64,000 nt of DNA from Trichoplax adhaerens (Eukaryota > Animalia > Placozoa), in the NCBI RefSeq assembly GCF_000150275.1, contig NW_002060965.1:620001-684000 (forward strand), given 5' to 3'. The translations under genes were made by a program, and so were the position numbers. How positions within the stretch are numbered: position 1 is the stretch's first letter; every line of letters starts with the position of its first letter. Positions 1 through 11,732 of the stretch are shown here, one piece after another. The notes beneath the pieces are model-generated. The model saw only the letters and a program-made list of their open reading frames with translations, made no database searches and was not told where the DNA came from.

Positions 1-3000
1 CTCCTATGGCAATAGCATTAATTGGTGGCAACATCTTGCATGATGATATTCAATTTCAAAATCAGTTTAAAATGAACGGAAGCTCTCTTGAAAATGGTTA
101 TGCAACGAAATCAGTAAAATCCGCTAAAGTCGAAAAAATAAAATTTGCGTTAGGCAAAGCATTCGATACCGTCGACGTTGAGTTAGCTAGTAAATTACGG
201 CAATTGGTTACTTTTCAAAAATGTCCAAAGATTCCATTAAATCCATTAAATGTTTTATGGCAACTTAACGATGGACAAGTAGAAAATATTATGAATCAAT
301 TAGCTAAGCAAAGTTTAGTTTTAATTACAAAAAAACGACGAGATAAGTAAGTAAAAATTCAATTAATTCAAAGGCTAATCCTATAATCAGCGATACCCGT
401 ATTCAGTTGGACTAGTTTGTTATTTTACTTTTGGGTGTAGGAATAAAATGAAGAAATTTTCAATTTTCGACCATACAAATGAATGATTTAATATCCTTGA
501 TTAGTCTTTTGAGGTTCGAATTGTAACTGACTATCTTTAACCTTTTTATTTCTACTTTTAGTCAATTACCAATCTATGAATTACATGATATAGTCATGAA
601 CTATCTAGTCGAAAAATCAACAAACTTAATGGAAATGCATCAGTCTCTGATTCGCCAGTATGAGGATAAATTCAATGGCGATTGGTTAGCTATCATGGAC
701 GATGAGTATATGCGCGATCATTTCATCTATCATCTACTACAAGCTAAAGAATATGATAAAGTCATGTCGATTTTAACCAATTTAGAATGTTTGGAAGTAA
801 AGTTACGAGCTACATTAATATCTAGGGTATTGAACGACTTCCTTCAATGTCGTTCGATATTAAGCAAAGAGGTAAAGATCTGCTTCAGTTTTTTATTAGA
901 CTGCAGTATTCTATGTTTTGACCACTATTCGTCTTGCTACGAGTACGCGTATATTACTTGTTCTGATAGTATAACATTTTCAAGAGTTATTGAACCGAAC
1001 GATTTAGGCTTTAATGAAAGTTTAAATCTGAATCAGTTAAATAGTTATATTTAGGAACTTTATAAATTGGCATTTTATAATTTTATCACTATATGATATT
1101 CATACTGCTGATAGAAATGGTATTCCATAGTACTTTACTGTAGATATTTATGAATACTGATCTTTCGCCTTATAACAGGAATTAAAGATTTAAAGTTAGA
1201 TCCTTATAAAAGTGATATTCTAGTAATTCAGATCTCTTATTCTGTGTAGAAAGTTTATAAGTCTAAACTTGTCATCATCCTGGACACATGGCTAATTATG
1301 TATAGCAGTAAATTTAAAAACTATGATTGCGTACGATTATAGCTACTAAACTGCAGTTCTGTCATGAAATCCTTCTACGCTAACAAAGTTATAAATAGCA
1401 TTAGGTGTACTTGCTCTATTAATTATAAAATGAAGTTGAAATAGTGGTTTAAATTCATGAATTTTAACCTTTTTTGCTTGTAATTATTTATATTGGTCTA
1501 GAACTGGGAAGCGATCAGTCAATATTACCAATTTGTTATTTGTAACGGTAACATCTACAATATTAATCCTCAGCAAAGTATTATTCAAATGGCCTTGAGT
1601 AAGCTTGGCTGGCCTGATATTTACGATAAAGCGGAAAAATTGGCAAAGAGATATTGCCAGGAATCACTATATTTTAAATGGAGGTAAGATGTTATCAAAA
1701 CCGCCATTAGACAAACTGTTCGTCGTCAATTCTAACAGCTATAGCCTATTTCAAACCACCTGAGTTAACTTGTGGCAATAGCAAGATTAAAAATCAGCAG
1801 CAATCCATCATCCTATTACTTTGATCATTTGTCGTAAATTGCTTATTAATTGGTCCAAGCTGAGCTTTAAAGTTAATACTACAACTTTTTCTCTATTTTT
1901 TAATCGATAGCAACAATCATCAATACGATGTTACCGATCAATCCATTTCATCTACGGAAATCCATAACGATCGAATAACATGTTGCAGATTTTCACATGA
2001 TGGCAGCAAAATTGTATCATGTTGTGATGGAGGCGAAATTAAGGTTTGATAGTGTCCTATTCTCAATTTATTTATACAAATTTTAATCGATTCAGTGACA
2101 ATTATCCTGCGTAGAACTTTAAATTTAACTAGAGTTCTTCCATCTCATAAGGTCTGGGATAGTTTATCCTCCGCTGTATTAATTTCCATTAACTGTGGCC
2201 ACAGTGATCGAATAACCCACTGTTGCTTTTCACCTAATGATAAACTCATTGCCACATCATCGTGGGATCACTCTGTAAAGGTAAATTGTTTATAATACTA
2301 TAATTATTTTAAATAAGCGAACTAATGTTTAAGATTTCGTAATGAATAATACTGATGCTGTGAGAGAAAATAAATTCACTTACCGGAATTATTTACTCTG
2401 ATACATTCCTATCATAGTCTATTATAACTAATTACTATCAACAAGAATGTTGTTTTGATCATAATCATCAGAATGTTCAGAGCACTATCATTAATCATTT
2501 TCTCCGATGGCCTTATCATGGCCTGCAACGTAATTTTGTATCTAGATCGTTTTAATGATCATAGCATTTGATCGATTTCCCTAATAGCTTTATTGTAAAT
2601 TATTATGGCATCATGTTATCTAGATCATCAAAATAGCATTTTATTCATGAATTCCTTCGATGGTCATTTAAACCTAGAATATAAACTTATAAAACTATTT
2701 ATTGCAGATTTGGGATGTCTATACCGGGAAAATTGTATTTAAATATGAGAGCCATTTATTTGCTGTTAATTGGTGTGAATTTTCCATGGACGGCGAAAAA
2801 ATAGTTTCCTGTTCCGCTGACAAATTAATTAAGGTTGATATAATTGAGTGTATCATTTTAGAGTTTGCTTATATATTATTTTTATCAAACGCAACATGAT
2901 TTTGCGTAAAGATGAATGTAAACATAAGAAACCATTTGCCTATTTTCTGATATTTATCGGTACCCTTTATGATTTGGTTTAGATATGGGATAGCAGAACC

Positions 3001-6000
3001 GGTAAAGATCTTGTCATTTGTCGTGGCCACAGCGGTGGAGTTTTACAATGCCGTTTTTCCAAAGATGACAGAAAAGTCGTTTCTTGTTCATCTGACGAAT
3101 CTTTAAAGGTAGAATTGTACTATAATGCTGCTTGTTTTGTGTAAACTTATCGCTATGCTAAATCCTGTTGATAACATAGTGAGTTAACAGCGAAAGGATA
3201 TACGGTTTAATATTAACAGAAACACCATGTAATACTGTAGATTAGTTGACGGAATTTCATAGGGATAACTCCGATATACTCTCAGGCTTCCTAACATGGA
3301 TGGCTAAAGTATCGTTCTGTGTTATGAACCCTTAGAAATGATGATACAAATAGTAGAATTTGAGAGTATTCAGCAATTCCATCATGATATTTTTAGATCT
3401 CATAACATTTGGCTTTAGCACGGTGTATTTAAATTATTAGAATGATAACTGTCTAATCGTCGCAGCAGTAGAAAAATAGTCCCTAAGAACATTAATCGCT
3501 CTCTTTGGTTTCTATTCTACCATAAGATGTGGGATACCAGCAATGGCAAACTAATTTTCTCATGTCGTTGCCCTCATCGGGTTTCCGCCTGCTCATTTTT
3601 CGATGATTGCAATAAATTAATGTGCATCTGTCGAAACACAGTATGCATGTGGAATGCTCATAATGGATCATCACTAGGCCAATTTTATTGCTCGGGAGAA
3701 ATTACAGCGTCCGCCGTTAGCTTAGACAGTAAATTTTTTGCTCTGTGCGTTTACAATGTCTTCAAGAAGAAAGATATTTCTTTACAAGTAAGGAGTAACT
3801 TATGTACTAAACTATTGCAGCTAGTTGCATTAAATCAGCTGTGGTAACCAATCATTTCGATTAGAACCAGTAGTAATTGGAATAAAACTACTAATATTTA
3901 CCAAGAGTTGTACTTTCATCCGTTCTTTCTCCTAGGTATGGGATAATAAAAAGAAAAAATTAATATCTATCTACTACGGACACTCGAATAATATTTATAG
4001 TGTTCAATTTTCGCCAAATGATCAAACTATTGTTACTGCTTCCTATGATAAGACCATTAAGATATGGCACCGTAATAAGAAAAAATTAAATCGCGCCGTT
4101 CAAGTTAAGAATAATTTACCCAGTTTAGAGTTATACGAATGCAAATTTATCGAAAACTGCCTTGTAGTTTATGCGGTACATGACGAAAAAAATCGATTAA
4201 AGGTAGGTTATATGGTCCGGAGTATTTTGCTTGATTCGTAGGGAGATAATTATACCTCTTACCAAGATATCACCGATTCTGTTAAAAGGAAGTTAACAAC
4301 TTTTACTTTACCATCATTGGATGAAATTTCTGTTATTCATTAATTGCTATACCTCAAGTACGGCCTGATCATTTCTATATAATTATCCACATGTAGAAAT
4401 TACAATTTTCAATAATTTATTGAGTACTCGATGTTTGCATTGAATAACTACCAGACCAGTAATTAAAACATTTTGAAATTGCAACAGTACAATAATATTT
4501 ATTTATCATTAACTTTTAATGTGTCGGCTTAAAAATGACAGCTAACCCTTAAGCAATCTTAAATTTAGTTTCCAATGCTTAAAATGATAGCGAATCTTCC
4601 TAAAATTATAGTTTAAATAACATTTTCCACTTCCTTTTGAAAAGTCTAAATTAGAAATTACAATAATATATTCATCTTTTCTTGATATATCCAGTTTAGC
4701 TAACTATTAGCTATTCAATATTTTTGATATTAAAACTTTCAATTTGAATTTCCCATGACTTAATGAATCTTTTACTAATTTGTCCATTAATTGCTAGCAA
4801 TATTTTATCGTCGCACTACTGCGTTAGTAAGACCTATTGTCATTGCTTTTGAAATCTATTCCACTATCCTGCTTTTAGATGTATGCTGGAACCGACAAAG
4901 AGTTTAAATTAATCTCAAAGTATAGCACCTTTGGCCATAGAATTACCGCAATCTGTATATCAAATAACGGAAAGCAAGTTGCAATAGGTTTTAGTGAAGC
5001 TGGTGGAGTACAGGTAAGAGGAGATGTGAACCATTTTTAACTAAGAATTTTATACTTATACAGGTAAAATTGCCTATCTGCAGTCCTTTACTTAGCAAAT
5101 TCATAACGTCTATTATAGATAAATATCTTAGCATTTTATTACTCTCTAGTTATTATCCGCCAACGACATCAAGAATTGCCTATGGCATGTTAAAGGAAAC
5201 TTGTGCGAGATGACGTGTATTACGTTAATCAAATTTAGCAGCAATGATAACAATTTGATTGTTAAAGATGGCAACCGGCAATTATTTGTAAGTTGTATCA
5301 TTTATCTTAGTTCTATGGATTGAACAGATTAGTTAGAAAGTCAACTTAAAACATCAAATTAATTTTGAAATGGGTTAGGTCTTAAGCTCGACCGGAGCTG
5401 TACTCTTTAAGAGTGGTAAAAATCATGGCGATATCACCGGTTGTGCAATATTTCCAACTGGCCAAAGAGTTCTTGGTTGCTATGACGAAAGTTTTAAAGT
5501 ACGTTATCCTGTCATTCTATTTATTTTCTTCTTTAATTTTGCTGGAAAATAAGATTTTATAAAATGCCTTTCCTTCTAAACTAATTCGTAATATTTAATT
5601 GTTCTTAAATGAATTATTCTAGATTTGGCATTGCTATGACGTAAGCCAAGTTGTCACTGTTAGAGCGCATAACGATATTATTGCGCATTTCGATATCTCT
5701 TATGACGAAAATATGCTAGCAACTCTCTCCTTTGACAAGATAGTCAAGGTGAGTCGTCAAGTCTGCTAATATTCAAGCTAAATCATAAAACTGTAAAGTT
5801 TTTGCTAAAATATTGCAATATATCTACAGCACATTATATAGAAGAGTTCCAAGTTCAATCAAAACGCATGCAAATTATAATACTTTCTGCTAATTAAAAG
5901 TTTGCCAGTATAACTCCTACTGGACGATACTATATCTGCAAGATCAAGGATCAGAGCATAGAATTACATAGATTTTCACTGAAAGTATACAGAATTAACA

Positions 6001-7184
6001 AGTCTTATATAAAATATAAAATATTTAAGCTAAATCATAGGATGTTAAAGTTCATATTTAAACATGAATACTGTACCGGTACCAAAGGATTCTATTATCG
6101 CACTCTGAATCCACTGTATATAAGAGAGCTGAGTTAAAATGTTCATAAAAGCTTTTAGCCTTTATTAAATAAAAATATATTAAAAAAAATTATGCTATAA
6201 CCTATCACATAGAGAAACTCAGTGCTGAAATATATCTAACACATAGTACCTGCTTAATGCTGTACAGTAATTATATGATTGAAACTTATCATTTTACGGC
6301 ATATTGCTCATAGATTTGGGATTGCACCACTGGTTCACAATTGGCTTCCTTAGATCATTACTCTAGCGTTAATACTTGCAAATTTTCAATCAACTGCCAA
6401 TTTTTGGCCACTTGCTGTGTTGATGGTTCAGTTAAGGTAACGATGACCTATAAATAAGTACGTTAATGTTCATACGATATTATTATTTATCCTAATTTTG
6501 AGTATGCAGAAACTTTAAAGGTATAACTTTATTCCAATACTTAGATTAGCTGCCTATACTGTATTGTGTGATTTGTCATTTTATGAATGTAAAGTAAAAG
6601 TTGACTGATTTTCATATCCTTTCTGTTTCGGATACAAATTAATAATACGAAAAGTAGAACTGTTATTAAAAATAATTCATATAGAGGAAATTTTAAGAGT
6701 TGAATGTTTTTAATGTTACGATGATAGCTTAACAGAACATTTAGCCATCAAATTGATGTAAGGTTGAAACTTTAAAATTGAAAAGGTCTTTCTTCTCAAT
6801 TAGATGTGGAATGTTCGGTCTGGAAGATTGCGATACCGATTTCGCGGCCATACGACCCAAGTTTTAAATTGTTATTTCATGCAAGACGATAGAATTCTCT
6901 TAACTGTAGGTGATAGTTTAGCTTGGTGGCAAATTGAAGATGAAGAATTAATCCAACGCTTCCCATTATATGGTAATGCATCGATGGCTTATTACGCTGA
7001 TGATATGAAATCATTAGCTACAACAGATGATAAAGGGTATTTTTATTTTCTATCTCAAATTGTACCTAAAAATGAAGCGCCACGACGGCTATCCTTCGAT
7101 CGACGATTGTCATTCGACCGTCGAATATCATTTGACAGACGAATATCGTTTGATAAAAAAAAGGAATCATGTATAATTTGTTAG
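1..7184 (+). CDS. APAF1: Apaf-1-like NB-ARC / helical domain / WD40 protein (5'-truncated by window edge), multi-exon
   Basis: Hand-spliced exons: <1-346, 562-871, 1502-1683, 1911-2043, 2152-2280, 2708-2833, 2983-3108, 3527-3787, 3936-4202, 4879-5013, 5150-5287, 5379-5498, 5623-5748, 6314-6436, 6804-7184. Motifs: PMAIALIGG (GxP motif, cf. Apaf-1 GSPLVVSLIG), YELHDIV (LHD/MHD motif), helical domain SIIQMAL...DIYDKAEKLAK...YFKW resembling Apaf-1, then about 13-14 WD40 repeats (GH...FSxD...S.D..K.WD). May be a lineage-specific Apaf-1 paralogue rather than the strict orthologue. Confidence 0.88.
7083..7154 (+). repeat. Coding tandem repeat, 4 x 18 nt, encoding (RR[LI]SFD)x4
   Basis: cga cgg cta tcc ttc gat / cga cga ttg tca ttc gac / cgt cga ata tca ttt gac / aga cga ata tcg ttt gat. 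Differences between units are almost all synonymous. Confidence 0.95.
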
Positions 7185-7934
7185 ATTCTATATGTAAGAC
7201 GTTAAGTGGCTGTCTTTTTTCGGATACTGTTCATATTTATAACTGTTACAACAGGTTTTATCCATGATAGTGATCAAATAAAAGCGGAAACATATTTTGG
7301 CTAGGTTAAAAGACTTTTATCGGTGTTATTAGAAACTTATTAATGTTAAGCACCGGTAACGTATAATCTATGTATATATTTTATATACTAATATATCCAC
7401 AAAATTGATTGCATTTGAGAATATAAGGCTGAAATATCAATTTATAGTATTCGCGGGAAAAAATCTGGGATGTGTTAAAGTATATAATAGTCAATAATAC
7501 ATAGAGTTGTATACATGGAATTTCATTAATGATATTCAAGAAATTGATATGGTATCAATGTGTAAAAGCACAATAGATGTGTGATAATACTAAATGATTA
7601 TAGAGATCGAGTGAAAGACTTCTAAAGATATTTAAAAATGTTTTTATCATGACTTTTAATTTTTTTAAAATCTTTCAAAAGAATGATACTCCTATATAAC
7701 AGAAAATTAATAGGATATTTAAAGTGTCGGCAATTATAAACTTCATTTTGTTACAATTTCACAGTAAGCACAAACAACTTCAAGATTTTATATATTAAAT
7801 GCTATTTTGATACTGCATAAAAAATAAAAATCAATTTAAGAATAACTGTGCATTAATTATCAAAGACACTGAGTCAAACATTGCATATGGGATATTTTAA
7901 AATATCATTCCATTTGCCCAGATCGTTCATGTAA

Positions 7935-10180
7935 TATTATGATAGATGATTTTACCAACGTTACGAGGACCAATATAAATCCCTCGTATCAGATTATTAA
8001 GGCATTAGCCTTGATTTAATGCTCTGTCATACGCATTAAAGTAAATCTTTTGTTCTAAAGCTGTAAGATCATAAAATAGAATATAAAACATATTACATTA
8101 TATGAGAAAACACTTGCTACAATTTCAGGATTATAACGGTATAGCCATGCTGGTATCATTTCCTCAAAATAGTCTAACAACATTATACACAGCTCTTCTA
8201 GCCATCGATCGAATCTGTTGCCGCCTCTGGGCTCTCTTTAAATTGTTCTTTGCCAAAGTAGTAAGAGCATGGTTTTACTCAAGCCTGAAAGTCTAATATT
8301 GAATGATTTCTCATATGCTGAAATAGCCTCATCATACATGCTTTGACTTTCATAGGCGAATCCTATGTTGTAATATAAATATCCAAGATCGGGATGATTT
8401 GTACCAAGGACTGATAAATTAATTCTAAGTGACTTGTCAAACATAGAATGAGCCTCATAATGCTTGATTTGTTTCCGTAGAAAACTCTTAGGTTGTGATA
8501 TAAATCCGTAGCATTGGGATGATCTTCACTGAAGACTGAAAATCAAATATTAAGTGACTTGTAATATATAGAAAGAGCTTCAATATACTTTCTTTTCTTA
8601 ATATTAGCATCTCATATGCTTTCATATGACTGAGCAACATCGGAATGATTTTGACCAAGAACTGACGATCGAATATTAAGTAATTCATACATAGAAAGAG
8701 CCCCGTCATACTTGCTTTAATTTTTATAGAAACTCCCATGTTTTTATATGAATTTGCAACATCAGAATGATTTTGACTAAAGACTGATAATCGAATACTA
8801 AGTGATTTATCACACAAAGAAAGGGCCTCATTGTACTGAGTTGATTCCTGTAGATAAATCCTATGTTTTCATACGAATCTGTAACATCGAAATGGTTTTG
8901 ACCAGAGTGATAACTAATCGAACATTAAGTGATTTATCATACATAGAAAAAGTCTTGTTATACTTGCCTTAAATTTTATAGATAATTGCCGTGTTATTGT
9001 ATGAATCTGTAACATCGGGATGATTTTGACTAAGAACTAGTAATCGAATATTAAATGATTTATCATACATAGAAAGAACCTTATCGTACTTGCCTTTGTC
9101 TCTGTAGACAATTCTATGTTGGTATATGAATCTGCAGCATCAGAATGGTTTTGACCAAAGACTGATAATTAATCGAATATTAAGTGATTTATCATACATA
9201 GAAAGAGCCTTGTCATACTTGCTTTGATAATGGAAGACAATTCCCATATTGCGATATAATTTGGCAACGTTGGGATGATTTTGACCAAAGACTGATAATC
9301 GAATATTAAGGGATTCATCATACGTAGAAAGAGCCTCGGCATACTTGCCCTGATTTTTATAGACAGATCCAATGTTATCATAAGAACATTCACATCGGAA
9401 TGATTTTGATCAAAGACTAATAATCGAATATTAAGTGACTTATCACAGAAAGAACCTCGTCGTACTTGCCTTAATTTTTAAGGATAAATCATATGTAGTT
9501 ATACGAATCTGTAACATCGGGATAATTTTGACCAAAGACTGATAAAGATCAAATATTAAGTGACTTATCGTACATAGAAAGAGACTCGTCAAATTTGTTT
9601 TAATAATGAAAGATAATTCCCATATTGTTATATAATTTAGTAACATCGGAATAGTTTTGACCAAGGGCTGATAATCGAATGTCAAGTGATTTATCATACA
9701 TAGAAAGAGTTTCTTCATACTTACTATAGTACGTAAGAGCGCTCCATTTCATGATATGAATTAGCAATATGCAAATCATCGTCATCTAAACATTTTAGTT
9801 TTATTTCTAGTGATTTTTACTATCTTCTAATGCTCTATTCCAATCGTTTTGGGATATTTAATCTGCCTCTGTCAGTATAAGCATTCAGTCTTTTTGACTT
9901 CATCTTACAGTTTATTAGCCGGGTGTCGCCCCTTCGCAAGCCATTCATTGGCTTTCAAGATTTTATATTGCAACCTGTAAGTATTATAAATTTCAAGAGA
10001 AATATCGCACCGAAGTCCATCAAAATCAGTAGAAGTATAGATATTGATTCAATTTCATCTATAGTTTGAGTAAAATAAGTCAACTTTCCCTAAATTGTAT
10101 GCGGTCCGGTATTACTGACCCTGTTTGAATGATGATCTATCTGTCAAGGATAGTAGGGATAGTAGATATAGTGGGCGGAT
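7935..10180 (-). pseudogene. Decayed tandem paralogue of the TPR-Roc-COR-DD gene: about 12 TPR (42-aa) repeats plus the start of the Roc exon
   Basis: A ~126-nt periodic motif (CATAGAAAG-like) recurs about 12 times from 8317 to 9700, and the TPR frame is broken into pieces (ORFs 8238-8444, 9600-9785, others out of frame). The Roc-exon remnant reads ALEQKIYFNAYDRALNQG*CLNNLIRGIYIGPRNVGK, with an in-frame TAA at 8005-8007 and a +1 insertion right after the P-loop Lys (~7950). It is collinear with 14880-16340. Confidence 0.88.
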
Positions 10181-11732
10181 TAATAAAGTGGAATTATATC
10201 AAACTAACATAGAAAATGCAGGTTCATGAAACTCAACTGCCAAATCAAATTATTTAAAGCTTAGGCGAGTTAATATGCACTATCGTAGATAATAACACAA
10301 AAGAAGACCAGAAATGATATGTGATGTATGGTAAATTAATACAATGTACAATCAAATATCTATAACTCAATAATGAAACATAATATGAGGATTGTGGTAT
10401 GATGTAAGATGGCTTACATTAATATCGATTAGATATTTTCAATTTATAATCGAACCTAGATAGGACTAGTGAGTGTTATGACGGTTATGTAGTTTTGATA
10501 GCTTACCAGTCGCGGTTCGATCATGAACAAGTTACTTAAATTTAGCTATAATATTATAATAGATTTTCACGCCATTGGACCATGTGTGTCGTCCACGTTA
10601 CCATCACACCAGTGGATCGAAATTGCAGTTAATGGGTAAACGAATACCGTGCAAAGAATAATTAATTTACATGCACTCCGTTTTTATAAATATCAATTTA
10701 ACTACCGATGTACGGTAAAAATGGAGGTAATTTTATAAAATTGATGATGCTATCCAACCTGGCATGCTTAAATCATCTAAATCGTTTATATTTAATGCAT
10801 TTAAAATCATTTGATTCAGATATATATTAGCTATATCATCAATCAACATATGCGTATAAATACCTTATAAGTGACACGTTAAAGAGTTAACAGCTATACT
10901 AGCAGAGTAAGACATCATATAAGATATTATATCAATATGTACTGTAGATAATTAGCTCATTTAGCAGAATTACAGTATAATCATGAACGAAGTTTTAGGC
11001 CAAGATCATGACTTAGCTTGTAATTTTAGAGATGTGGGTTGCCAAATAATGAATTGCAATTTACTGTACGTTCTCACTATTTTTATATGCATTATGTGCG
11101 TATACAACAAGAATTCGTACAGTCACAGCGGATATACTATAAATAAATATAGTAAATGTATGTGTAGTCTATTCAGATAATTTGGTAGTATCTACCGGGC
11201 CAAAATAAATAATTATAAGCATTTATATATATAGCTTTATTCTATATTAAATGCTGCTAGATTTATCAATGTATTAAATAATTAATACAAGTGTAAGCGC
11301 ATCTGGATAGTAAAATTGAGAAATATTTGAAGATCCAAAAGAACTGAGCGGCCTTTAGTAATGATTCATAAGCTATTTAGTAGGCTTCCAGCTAATAATT
11401 TAAATAAGATGATATAAATCATATTTTGTATCAAAACATTGTAATTTCACTTTTTCAAAATCACACGGGAAAAAATTAAATGAAGATTGGCTTTGTTATA
11501 ATAAGCATATTGCGTATAACATTATCGTGACAGTTAAGTTACTGAGTTAAAATAATAACGTATCTAACTGATTTAACTACCAGTGACTGCAAAAACTTGA
11601 TCTGTTTCAACTAAAGTACAGAAAGAATTTAAAATAAATTTCAACTGTAGGATTTGACTGTACTATTAGATAAGTCAATCCAAATATATTACAAATTGCA
11701 ATCTGCAGCACAAAAAAAACTTTGAATACTGG

